Source: Psammoneis japonica (taxonomy: Eukaryota). Taken from it: a stretch of 64,000 bases of DNA. The number at the start of each line of letters is the position of its first letter. Within the stretch, counting starts at the first letter, position 1. The stretch covers positions 1 to 64,000 of the forward strand of contig QPGO01000233.1 of the NCBI GenBank assembly GCA_008632985.1. The letters run 5' to 3'. Below, one piece after another: positions 13,097 through 25,125 of the stretch. A program made the position numbers and the translations under genes. The notes under the pieces were generated by a model. That model saw nothing but the letters and a program-made list of their open reading frames with translations. It was not told the origin of the DNA and did no database searches.

Positions 13097-15618
13097 TCAA
13101 TCTCCATTGGTTTGGCGCCGATGCCACGAATACTTCGAAAGCGCTCTTCCTTTCTTTTTCCTTCGGGTCATGTAACGAGATTCCCATTTCTTCATATCAA
13201 CATTCTTTTTGTGGTTCTCAAACGACTTGGGCGACGATCGACGGAGTGTTTGTACCGGTACTTTCTTTCGGACAAGCAAATGGGGAGCAAAAGGATTGTA
13301 CGAATCGCTGACATTGGACGACGAATTTCCAGGCTGCGATTCTTGGGACGAATCGCTGACAGGCAGAGCAGTAGAGGACACCGTCGAAGGTGGCGTAGAT
13401 GGAACATCACTCGGTTCTGTCGAAGGTGTTGTTGAAGACGTGTCACTCGGAGCTGCACTTGGTATTGCCGACGGAGAAGTAGATGGCGCCGTTGACGGGG
13501 TGAGAGTCGGGCCATCCCTCGGTTCTGCCGAAGGTGCCTTAGAAGGTACATCACTCGGCGCTTCACTCGGGACTGCAGATGGAGCAGCTGAGGGTACCGT
13601 CGAAGGGGTGAGAGAAGGGACGTCACTAGGCTCTGCAGGTGGCATTGTTGAAGGCACGCTACTTGGAGCAGCACTAGGCATTGTAGACGGAGCAGCAGAG
13701 GGCGCTGCCGATGGACTGTAACTTTCCGTTGTACGCACTTTCCGCTGACTGTGCTGTCTTGCTCTCCTTTCCTTTTTGCGACGTTCCTCTGTGTGTCGTC
13801 GGTTGGTCGCTTTCAAGGTCTCTTCACTGGCCAGCATGTTTAACTTTTGGGGGTTGACTCTTGTAACCTTCCTGCGCGACTTTCGTTTCTTCACAGGCTT
13901 GTGGGTATCCCCATCTTTAGTCGACGATAAGAGACCCAGCAGATCATTGATTGGGGTGGGACTGGCATTCCCGTCAGCTACTGTTGGAACCACGCTCTGG
14001 ATCGTTACTGCAGCGGCTTCATTCTTGGCAGCAATGCGCTTCAGGACGTTTCGGAACATGTTTTGAATCTTGGTGGCGGCGACAATGAACTTGCGGCGTT
14101 GCTTCTTGAAGCGTTTGAAGGATGCCTGGATTTTCAAAGCTGCTGCGTTCTTGGCAATGTAATTTCGAAACAGCCTCTGTATCGTTTCGGCAGCGGCATT
14201 CTTGGCAGCAACGCGCTTCTGGACGATTCGGAAGATGTTCTGGATCTTGGTGGCGGCGACAACGAACATGCGGCGTTGCGTCTTGAAGCGTTTGAAGGTT
14301 GCCTGGATTTTCAAAGCAGCAGCATTCTTGGCAATGTAGTTTCGAATTTGTGTCTGGATCGTTGCGGCAGCGGCGTTCTTGGCAGCAACGCGCTTCAGGA
14401 CGGTTCGGAAGATGTTCTGGATCTTGGTGGCGGCAACAATCAACGTGCGGCGTTGCTTCTTGAAGCGTTTGAAGGTTGCCTGGATTTTCAAAGCTGCAGC
14501 ATTCTTAGCGACAACGTTCGAGGGAGCGCTGACCAAGGCAAGGGTGTTGGAGGCTCCATATCCAGCAAGAGGTGCACCAGGTTGAACGTCGCCCAAGGCG
14601 AGGACGTTGGTGGCGTTCTGGCGGATGCAACGGGCTTGAGCAAAAATGCGCGTGGATTCATTCAAACTGAAGGAGGTCGTGGCGTCACGGTTGACGGTCG
14701 CCACCGTCGTCGGGATTTCGTAGTTGGTGTGAGTTGGCGTCGTAGTCCTCCAATTCGAGAAGGTCGGACACGGGAACTCGAGGACCGCCTTGGCAACAAT
14801 ACAAGGACCGGATGCTGTGTCATTTTGCTCGAGGAAAATATTCGCTTGGATGATTGGCAACACCGCAAGCCACTTGTTGAGGGTGTCAAGCACAGCCGTG
14901 TCAAAACTGTTGGGATCAGCGTCGGACTGGCAAGGCTTGAAGATGACTTCAACGCCGGCGAAAATGGAGTTTGTAGTTGATAAAGTAGAAGCGCTCTTTA
15001 TCACATAAATCACAGTAGTATCCATTCTTTGCATATGGCAGGGACCATCGTTCATCATAGCCTGGTTGCAGCCTTGATTGGTCGTGGCGGGAAACTTGAA
15101 AATCGGTCCGACTCGAAACTTGGTGGCAAGACGCGCGAGTTTCTCGATGTACGATTTGAACCAAGCGTCATGTGAGTCGAAGTACACAACATTGACATTG
15201 GAGTATGGAACAATCGAAAGAGTCTCTTGGGAAGTTGGGGTGAGAATGAATCGAATCGTCCCCGTTTTCCCATCGTCGAAAAGCTTCTTCGAGATCGGCT
15301 CCAACGGGAGAAAGACGGCAAAGGCTGCGAGAACGGCTTTGCTCACCTCCTGCGTCAAGGCGGTAACAACGCAAGAACATTGTTGGGCGTGATTGTCAAG
15401 GCGTAAAACTTGGATGGCAATGTTACACAAAGCATTCGTTCACTTACCATTGTAGTCCAGCTCTTTGGAAACACCCAAGGAAAGAGGCCGAAAACATAGC
15501 GACGGAAGAAGCGAACGTAGATCTCGATACCCCCGACAACAGCTGGAAGCGAGAGAATGGCACACGCGAAGACGAATGCAAGGAAGATGTTGGACATGGT
15601 AGAATCGGATAGATCCAT
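13097..15618 (-). CDS. IQ-motif repeat protein with an N-terminal hydrophobic segment and PSxxPS repeats
   Basis: Exon 15618-15448, phase-0 intron 15447-15350 (gtaagt..gcag), exon 15349-13097. About three 59-aa units carry IQ motifs (AALKIQATFKRF, AATKIQNIFR, AAATIQTQIRNY), followed by PSAAPS/PSDVPS repeats. Confidence 0.75.
13990..14510 (-). repeat. 177-bp coding tandem repeat (IQ units)
   Basis: TTGAAGCGTTTGAAGG..GCCTGGATTTTCAAAGC recurs with a 177-bp period. Confidence 0.85.
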
Positions 15619-16233
15619 GCTTTCAATGCAATTGAGTCAATGCAATACGTCGATTGAATCAATTGTGTGCCCTTGCACGAGAAAGCGTGGGTCAGTGGGA
15701 ACGATCGTGTCGTGAGATCTGCGGATGGTTTTGCGAGGACAATGTTGTGTGATTGGAAGGTTTCACGTAGAAATATGTACCATGGTTTGTGTAGGTCGGA
15801 TAGTATATTCAAATCTCCACGATTGAATGCATCTATTAGCCTTGTGTCCAGTTGAACGGGATTTCGCGCTCCAATGAACGATTTGTACGTCGTAGACTCT
15901 GGTACAAAAGTGCTTTCACCAGCCGGCTCGTCGAGATACAATATATAAAACCTTTATTCAAATAATTCATAATTTCCTTGGTAACCAAATAAATTAAATG
16001 AAGACATTAACGGCGAAAGACAAAATTGTCGCGCGAGCCAGTCACAAAATCTGAAAGAAGTCGGCGGAGCTCGAAAATGCTGTCCAACTGCGTAGGAGGA
16101 CACGTAGGGGTGTACCAGTAAAAACCCCGGATGTGTGTCCAACATCTGTCCATCAGAGGACAGATGTGCGTGATGGAAAAAAACACTCAAAAGGAAGCTC
16201 TCATAACAACACAGCATCATATCTGCACTACGA

Positions 16234-18914
16234 CTATTCTTGACAGGGACTGACATAGACTCCAGTACAATCTGTGTCCGTGAAGGTAACAACCTTGAAA
16301 TATGGATTGCTCTCCGCAATTTTCTTTATCCACTCGTTGCACGACCCGCAGGGAGGGAGTGGATTCAAGTCCTAATTTGGTCGAGAGAATATGACTTAAG
16401 TTAGACGAAAAAAATCGGAGCTTCAAAGAAGTAAAGGCGGTTCAACCAATCTTACCTCTGAGGAATTTACAACAACCTTGCGCTTCTGTTGAGTCTTTTC
16501 ATACGGATTTGAGTAGAGGCTAATGACACGCTTTGGCGTTCCTGGTGGCGTCTTGTTGGGTGTCGAAGAAACCAGAGACATTGATGGCGGCATATCAAAG
16601 GCAGGCGGAACTGACGCAGAAACGGCAGGTGAGAATCTGGGAGACTTGCGCACGGTAACAACATTCCTTCTGTCTTGAGGGATTCTCGATTCGCTCTTGC
16701 TGCTGTCTGAGTCTTGCCGTGGGGCGTTTTCCACGACCCAGTCTTCTTCCCGCCCCGACCCTTCATCCTCTTGATTAGCATTGGTCTCTTCTTGAATGAC
16801 GCTAGAGAAACTCTCCATACTTGAGGACCGTCCAATCGGATCACTTCGCGGTTTGAAATCCGCCGTTGCCTTGTAGCACACCAACGACTCGGACGATCCC
16901 GCACCTCTACTGTCCTTTGGCAGTGAAACGGACAGGACAGCAATCATTCTCAAATCCTGACGTTTTAGACCGGGATTTGCCGCAAGAGCAGTTCCAATAA
17001 CATTGCGTTCTGCACAAAGTGATCCCGTCGGCATGCTCACTTCCATGTTGGTGCCACGATAGAGCTTCTTCTGCTTGTCGTCTGTCTCTACTAACAGCAC
17101 CGCCAACACAGGCTTTCTCGTTTTGCGCAACCAAAATTTGACCAAATCAGGAGAGATGGATTGACAGAATTCTAGCCGAAAGTTGCGCATTTCCGCTACC
17201 ATCAATTTTAAATTGTCACTGTCATCCATTTTGTCCTTGTCCAATGACGACGCATCAATTGCAGGCACACCCTCCATGTCCTCAAAAGAGTGCACCTCGA
17301 TATCGTCTTCGCAAATCTTGGTATCATGCCAGAAGGTCTTGAGTTGCCACACATGAAAGTAGGTAGGACGGTAACTCTTGAGAGCTGATTGAATGGCATG
17401 AGTACGGGCGTGAGAGCCATCGGCAAAACTGAGCGTCATAGCAAACGATTGTTTCCAGTCTGGCGAAAATGGATTTGCGGTTGCTGTTATTGATTTGGCA
17501 CGACTACTCTCGTCGGGATATAGCTCATTCCGTGCATGTGCATCGCGGTAGGATTCAATGCACGGCAAGAGTTCGCGGTTGGCAAAGCTCATGTTCTCGT
17601 CGTATCGAAATATGTTGGTGTCAGAATGAATCCTTGTAAGTGGTAGTACAAACAATGTGAGGCAAAATTTTTCGATTGATTGTGTGTAGAAAGAGATAGC
17701 ATCATTGACACTCACCTTACGACAGTCACGTCAGGGTACAATTCATGGACAAAGTGTTCCATCAATTCGGCACACGCCCTCGTCGAGTTTCCGCTGACCG
17801 AATGAGTCCAGTTTCTCGGAGTCCCTACTCCACTCACCAACACCACGACCTTTTTAATTGCAATCCCATACTCTTTGGTTTTCATTTGACCATGCCATTT
17901 TGGCAACAGCGTGGCTAGTAGCGGAAAGAACACGTGATTTAGCTTGAAGTCTTGGTGTCCTGCGACTCGTGGCACATCGCGACCCCGGAACCGCAGACCG
18001 TCCTTATCCGCCTCGACAGGATTTGAGAGGCAAAACCCCGTTGGAATCATGGACCGTCGTGAAGGAGTCGGTTGCACAATGGGGTACCGCAGTGTTTGTG
18101 GGGAACGTTCGAATTTGGGAAAGGAAACAATTTCTCTGCGATTGGAAGTCTGAAGCGATTTGAGGATGCGAGTCGAATACAAATCAAATGCAGAGAAGCG
18201 TGGTTGACAGAGACTGTAATCTTCATCGTTCTCGTTTATTTTGGGAAGGTCCACACTGAGCACGAGATCCGTATGAGAGACATTGTGCACCAGCATTTCC
18301 AAATACCTTCCGGAAGAACTTGTTGTAGGTTGACTGGGAGGCTCGCTGAGCATTCTCTCTTCTCGAGGAATATCTCTTATTGTTGAGCGTCTCTTTTCAT
18401 TCAGTTCATCTTTTTCCTCGTCGTTTTCGTCATTTGGTCTCTTATGCATTTCTTCCACAGACAAAACATGCAAAAATAAAAGCGCAATGGGTGTAAGCTC
18501 CCACCACCTGAATCTTGGAGATCCTAGCTCGACCCACCAAGTGGAGAACACGAAAATCATGGGTACATTGATTGGAGATGTGACCTCTTTCCACGCCCTA
18601 TACAATGCACTGCTGCTCCACGCAAACAACTCCTTTATCGCCGGGTGCTCTTGAATCTTGTGGCGAATCTGTATCAATGCCTTTTGCTGTTCACGCTTTT
18701 GTTCTGAATCATTGTAAAGTGCATAGCAGTATCCAAACGTCCCACAAGTCAAACCCGCAAATACCGAGTACAAGAGCGGCAGCAAATGACCCTTTTGCTT
18801 GTTGTCGCTCATCTCCTCACAGTGAGAAGCAGAACACCTACAGAACAACAGAATGTTGAAAGGCGCAAACACAAGAAGAGCAAAAACTGCTCTTCGTCTC
18901 GTTGAATGGGGCAT
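16234..18914 (-). CDS. Large cytidine-deaminase-like (Zn-dependent CDA fold) protein
   Basis: YRGTNMEVSMPTGSLCAERN (CAE motif) and DLNPLPPCGSCNEW (PCxxC). Introns 17715-17633 and 16455-16372, stop at 16234. The start may instead be the ATG at 18812 (MSDNK). Confidence 0.8.
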
Positions 18915-19059
18915 ACGTACTTTCCAAAAATCCGGTTCCGCGCAGAAATTTCACGCACACGTGACAGACGACAATTCGTGTGCCGAATGACAAACAATGT
19001 GACGATGGCTAAGACTGCCATCATGCCGTCAAGAAGGCTCGTCTCCATTAGAGCTTAGA

Positions 19060-21360
19060 ACTGCAAATGTGAATGTGCACGGTCCCCCACAGTGCAGGTT
19101 TAAACATAAAATTGCACTGAAACCCCCAAGCAATCCACAAATCTGAGAAGACTGCCAGGTCTTGCCTCGGGTGCATTCCACGTGCTGTCACGCCACTTTT
19201 TTCAGTGGATTCACTGCACGCTCATTCCCAGAGTGATCTGTTGCCACAGCAGCAGACACAAGAACTTCTTTGCTTGTGAACTTTCGATCACTCCTGGCAA
19301 AGAAAGGCTGCAACAGAAGCTGTCCCCCGAACCTCCAAGCAGCAAGAACACTCCTGCAGCCCTTGTCGAGCATGTTTGCAAACTTTGGTGGCGATGAGCT
19401 GTCTTTTTTCTGAAACTCTTCTTGCATTGGCAGCAAATTGCTCCTCTCAAAATAATCTGCATCAGACACCCCCCAAGCCACAGTTCCCAACCTCCCAGCC
19501 ATCCGCAAAGCTGCAGAAATGTGGCACCTTTTGCAACGTTGCCTCCACAATGCAGTGAGCAGGTCAGTCGCTGCAAATCCAAGTCTCTGGGCTTGCCCAT
19601 AAAATCAACATTTGTGTTGTCCCACATTGTGACATGCTTGTTTTTGCACTGCTCTTTCCATTTCTCCTTTCGCAGTTCCATGTCTTCCGCGTGTGTGAGA
19701 AACCTTGGCCAAGACTGAGCCGCTGCCAACACCAGTTTTGACTTAGCCCGGAACATGTCACAGAGGACACACTGATTCATGCCATGTGCTGCCTGTGCAT
19801 CGATCCACCGCACGCACGAATGACCCCATGCCATTTCAAAATGGAGGAGCCACTCTTCAAACCAAGTCAAAGACGACTGTGTTTTCATCATCAAATCAAT
19901 GTTGCCATTGCAAACAACAGCAACAAAACACAGAAGGAGCACCATTGACAAAAAACCGGTTCGACGCTGCACTTCAGCATCTTTTGTCGCTTGTGGCAGA
20001 ATGATGGGTTTTTGGTGCAAAGTTTTGCTTTTTGTTTCAGTCGCCCTGCGTGGTTGCTTGCGAGGCGGCGACGAGAGATGCACATTGAGATTAGCAGCTT
20101 TGAGCACAGATGGATTGACAAGAGTTTTTACAGCCGCATGACCCCCGTCAGATGCCTCAGCAGTTTGTTGCAGGGCAAGGTCACCGCCACCATTTTCCTT
20201 GGCATCCTCCAGCACTTGCACCAACATTCTGTTGGTTCCAAGTCCTTTTGACAATGTCACGGGTTTAGCCTCATGACTTTTGGAACCGTTGTTGTCCGGG
20301 GCAAGGAAGCGTACAGTCTCCTTTGCCGCCACCATCTTTCCCTTGATGCATTTCACACAACTGAACGGTTTGGAAATTGTCACCAGCGGGTGGTCGTGGC
20401 ACATCTGCTGAAAATCTCTGGTTGATTGACGTCAATGTTTCCGAACGTCACGTTTCCGAACATCACGATGACATCATCAGACATGTCCATCCGTCACCCA
20501 ATGCCGCCGTGGCTTCTTCGACAAGGGTGAGGCAGCCAGGAACCCGAGCTCTCTGAATCCCAGATCTGCTCATTCAACTTGATTTAGCAGCTAGACCCTC
20601 CCAGGATGCAATTGGCAGATTTTGTTTCCTGGAAGCGCACTGTGCAAACAGGCATCAAAACAACGACATGTGCTGGTGGAAAGAGAGAGTTTTTGGGGCC
20701 TCATCGTGTCGTGCAGCAGAGGAATTGGGGAACTGTCACAACTGAAAAGGCTGTCATGCACTCCATCAGCTGATGGACAGAAACAAATGTGGAGCTGTGC
20801 CAGCTTTTTCTGCAGGTGCTTGGTCGAAGCATTTTGGCTTGCACTCGTCAAATTGGAGAAAAGCGCACTGGGGTCGTCAGAGACGCACGCCGCACACCCC
20901 AGGGACATGAGTGCCCAGTCGAACAGGATGTGTCACACGGTGCAAGCTCAATGTTTGATTCATGACATGGTGTTTTAATCATTTGGCTTAGAAACTCCCA
21001 TGGTGACTTTTGACACGGCATTCCCTTTGACCGACCAAGAAAGCTGGTGTGTGGCTTCTTCTTTCTCCCACCTCTTCCTCCCTCCGAGGCACAGCACACA
21101 GCAACACACCATCCGAGCACTTGTCATTTGCATTGGACATGCTGAAGCATCCATTGCACAGCACAAACCCCACACATTCACCTGTGTAAGTCATGCTAAA
21201 TGCATTGGGTTGTGTGGCATGAGTGCATGCATGCAAGTGCCATTTTTGTGTCCCTGGCGCACCCCCACACCCGCCAGTTTTCGGAGAGACAAACAAACAC
21301 GACTCCAACACGACTGAAAAAGATGGTGAGTTTTTCGTTGGCCGGCCGGGGGGCGGTTTG
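19060..21360. other. TpA/CpG-depleted hypermutated block B (DNA-transposon relic)
   Basis: TA and CG are depleted between two normal-composition genes. The block contains a transposase relic. Confidence 0.85.
19188..20404 (-). pseudogene. DDE transposase relic (PIF/Harbinger-ISL2EU-like, DDE_Tnp_4 type)
   Basis: Motifs WDNTNV, RLT[C]SL[HC]GGNVAKG, LDKG[C]RS and TD[H]SGNERAV match the D..DxGY..ER layout. Frameshift near 19470. Confidence 0.75.
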
Positions 21361-21759
21361 GGTTACGGTACCTCACGCACGGGCACTAGTACTGTATGAA
21401 TACACGGGACAAAACGGTATCTTCGTTCTCTGTTCGATTACCGCTTTAAATACACTTCTACCTTACACCTTAACAGTAGAGCAACAAAGCAACGCAGCGA
21501 AGACAGATGGGTGCGGGTTGAGCAGAACGAACGTTCGAGAGAAGAAACACTGAGACAGACAAAGGACAAAGAGCAAACAGCCATTGAAGTGTTTTTGTAG
21601 TCACCCACGGATCCTTCATCAAAATTGCTTCTGCCTGAAAGACTGACTGCGGGCTGCTGCGACGACTCTCTGCTGACTCGAATTCGTAGTGTACAACGAA
21701 ACTGCGTTGCCGTTTGGACTTAAAAGTGAATCTAGCGAAATACCGGTAATCTGGTAGCC

Positions 21760-24257
21760 ATGCACCTCCCTGCAGTTGTCGTAACGATTCTGCTGTCAGG
21801 GAGTGCAGCCGCAACAACCAACGCCAACTTACCTCAAGCTTGCGCACCTCCTCATGATTACTACCAGTTCTGCAACGCTACTTTACCCTTAAATCAACGG
21901 ATCGATGATTTGATCTCTCGACTCAAGCTCGAGGAGAAACCCTATCTTTTGACGGCCCGTGAGTCTCCATGGAATAACATCAGTCGGCTTGGAGTAAGTA
22001 GGATAGGTGGTTGGCGAATTTGATGGAATATGGTTTTCCGAAGCTTATGCTTTTCGCTCTGCCCTTTTGGCTGTCGATTGGTGTATCGATCGCACATACT
22101 CGTCTGTGATGCGAAATGTAGCTCCCGGAGCTCGATCTCGGGGCAAATTGTATGCATGGCGTTCAGTCGCATTGCACTCGCGATGGACGTTGCCCCACCT
22201 CCTTCCCGAATCCAAACACATTGGGCCAGACTTTTAATAGAACATTGTGGAAAGGTATGGGGGCTGTAATTGGGTTGGAATTGCGGGCGTTGTGGCTACA
22301 AAATGTGTCGGAAAACAACCCAGACAGGCTGCCTCATATCGGATTGGATTGCTGGTCACCCAATCTAAATATTGTGCGGGATCCTCGATGGGGCCGTAAT
22401 TTGGAAACGCCCTCAGAAGATCCCTTTTTGATCGGAGTCTATGGAGCTCAATACACTCTTGGACTTCAGAATAACGCTGATTTGGACGCTAGATACCTGC
22501 AAGCTGTTTCAACATTAAAACACTTTGATGCCAATTCTCTGGAAGGACCTTACTGGACAGCGGATGGAAAATGGGATCCCGAGCATGGAAATATTTCCAG
22601 ACACAATGTGAATGTAAAACTTTCCTTGTATGATTGGTTCTCGACATACCTACCGGCCTTTGAAGCGGCTGTAAAACAGGGAGGAGCAGCTAGCGTCATG
22701 TGCTCCTACAATCGAATCAATGGTGCGCCGGCTTGTGCGCACGAATACTTACTCGAGCAAGTGCTTCGAAAGGATTGGAACTTTCGCGGCTATGTCACGT
22801 CGGACTCCGGCGCCATTGACAATATTTTCATAGACCACAAGTACACAAGCGACTGGCCTGAAACTGTTCAAGTGGCGCTGCAAGCTGGCTGCGATGTGGA
22901 GAGCTCCTTTGAGGCGCATCGTCCATGGGCGACTGGAGGGCGGTACATTGATGAAATTGTTGGCGCGGTACAAAGTGGATTGCTGGAAGAAAGCCTCGTG
23001 GACAGGGCTTTGCGAAATACCTTGGAGGTTCGATTCCGATTGGGGTTGTTTGATCCGATTGATGATCAGCCTTTTTGGAACGTCCCTTCGTCGGTGGTCC
23101 AGCAACCGAGGCATGTGCAAACGGCGAAAGAAGCGACAGCCCAAGGGTTGGTATTGCTGAAAAACGAAAACAACTTGCTTCCCATTGACATTGAGAAATA
23201 TTCGATTGCTCTGATTGGGCCTCATATTGACGACGAAAGAACAATGGCTGGAAACTACATCGGGCAGTTGTGCCCTGATTCTGATGAGCATTGCGTGATG
23301 ACGTTCTCCCAGGGATTTGCCAACGTCATTTCGAAGTATGGAGGGCGGCTCAAAAAGGCAAAGGGATGCGCAATTTCGAAACTTGATACAAGTGGATTTG
23401 TAGAGGCTGTAAATGTTGCATTGGAGTCCGACGTCGTCGTTTTCATTGGTGGACTCGACCTGACGATTGAAAATGAGGGGCATGACCGTCATGATATCCG
23501 GCTCCCGTCCGTCCAAACACATCTTTTGAAGAAAATTGTCGAGGTTAACTCAAACATAGTCTTGGTGTTGATGCATGGTGGAATGGTGGGGTTGGATGCT
23601 ATTGTACAAGATGTGCCAGCGATCGTTTCAGCCGGGTATCCTGGTCGGTATGCTGGAGAAGTTCTACCTGGCGTTCTATTTGGTCACAATGAGCGAGCAT
23701 GGGGAAAGCTGGCTGTTACGTGGTACCATGATGCTATCACAGAGGAACTAAATATGATGGATTTCTCCATGACCCGCCCACCAGGCCGAACATATCGCTA
23801 CTACAGAGGCGTGCCGCAGTTTCGGTTCGGTCATGGTATCAATCCATTGACAACATTTGATGTTAAGTTGGTGACACATGTGAACAGGGAGGATGATAAA
23901 TATATTTCTCTGACCGCCATAATTACGAACTCTGGGAATCGTGCTGGGGATGAAGTGATTACTGCTTTCTTCAGCCCACCAGCTGATCTGAAAGCTTCGA
24001 ATCCGGCTTCTTTTCTCCGCGAACAACTGTTCAGCTTTGATCGAGTCCATCTGAAGCCAGGGGTAACGGAAGAAGTTTTCGTGGTGCTGTCGTCTGAAAT
24101 GCTAAGACTGCATGATGTAGACGGAATGAAAGTGCTCTATGCAGGAACCTACCGTATTCGAGTGACGAATGGAATGACTGAGTCGACTGTTTCGGTTCGA
24201 GTTGACCAGAAAGGTATGCTTGCAATTGCAGGCGAAGAAGTTGCATCAAAACGTTAG
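21760..24257 (+). CDS. Secreted GH3 glycoside hydrolase (beta-xylosidase/BXL-like)
   Basis: Signal peptide and intron 21994-22121. Motifs WSPNLNIVRDPRWGRNLETPSEDP, LKHF, SVMCSYNRING, VTSDSGAI (nucleophile Asp), LVLLKN, GRTYRYY and a C-terminal Fn3-like domain. Confidence 0.93.
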
Positions 24258-25125
24258 AGTGCCCTGGGACTTTGGAGGAGTGGGGTCTGTGACAGTGACA
24301 TAATCATTGAACAATCGACCTCCAGACAATTCATGTCGGCTCCAAACGCCGGATGGTGCACTGTGACGTTGCTACTGTATTCCAGCGACGCCGTTTCTCC
24401 TCGCTATGGATGAATCAGGCGAGATGGCGCCGTCCTTTTCCAGTTTCTTGTAGACACTGGTACTTGTAGTAACACATGACATGTTCGAACCTTGCCATGC
24501 GCGAGTCGACTCGCTTGATTTCAGCTTTGTGCCAACAACAACAATGGTAGGTAATCAATTCATTCCACCTCTAGAGAGATCGAATACTTTTCCCGAAACA
24601 TATATCCTAGCTATAGTACGAGTGTCCTGTACTGTGCAGCTTTTGCTGGTGTGCTTTTCCTCGCCCGTCAACAAGCTACGGTTCCGTCCTTCCATTTCAT
24701 GCTGACAATCCTTGTCGTAACCCGCTCTACCTCCTCTTTCATCTTTGGCTTCCTTGATACGCCTCCAGTCGATCGAGGTTCGTTTCGTCCTGGCTCTAGC
24801 TAGAGTACCAGGTGCCGGTAGTCTAGAGTAAGCCTCTATCTACTACTCTAGAGAGAGTAGCTACTCTACTTTACTCTCTCTCTCGGCGTTTCCCGCGCAG
24901 ATTAGACGGTTGTGCTTTTTCACTCTCGCCCGGAGGTCGGTAACATACACGGTACCGGTAAACTTACGATCGCGCGAAGATACGATAATACAGCCAGGAG
25001 AACGACAAGATGAGAGATCGTACGCGACTCGCGACATGTTGGCAATGACGACTCTCAAATGCACCGTCTACTGCCGGTAAACCTTACGAAATCAGTGAAC
25101 GCAAAAGTAATACGAATCTGCAAGC

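Noticed and set aside
14063..14980. 305-aa plus-strand ORF
   Set aside because: Antisense shadow of the repetitive IQ gene.
19048..21390. Terminal inverted repeats for the transposase relic
   Set aside because: No convincing inverted match was found by eye at the block ends.
22749..23522. 257-aa minus-strand ORF
   Set aside because: Antisense to the conserved GH3 gene.
24790..24885. CTAG/AGAG-rich quasi-palindromic tract (similar tract at 27095-27210)
   Set aside because: Low-complexity intergenic sequence with no clear TIR/TSD pairing around the MYND gene.
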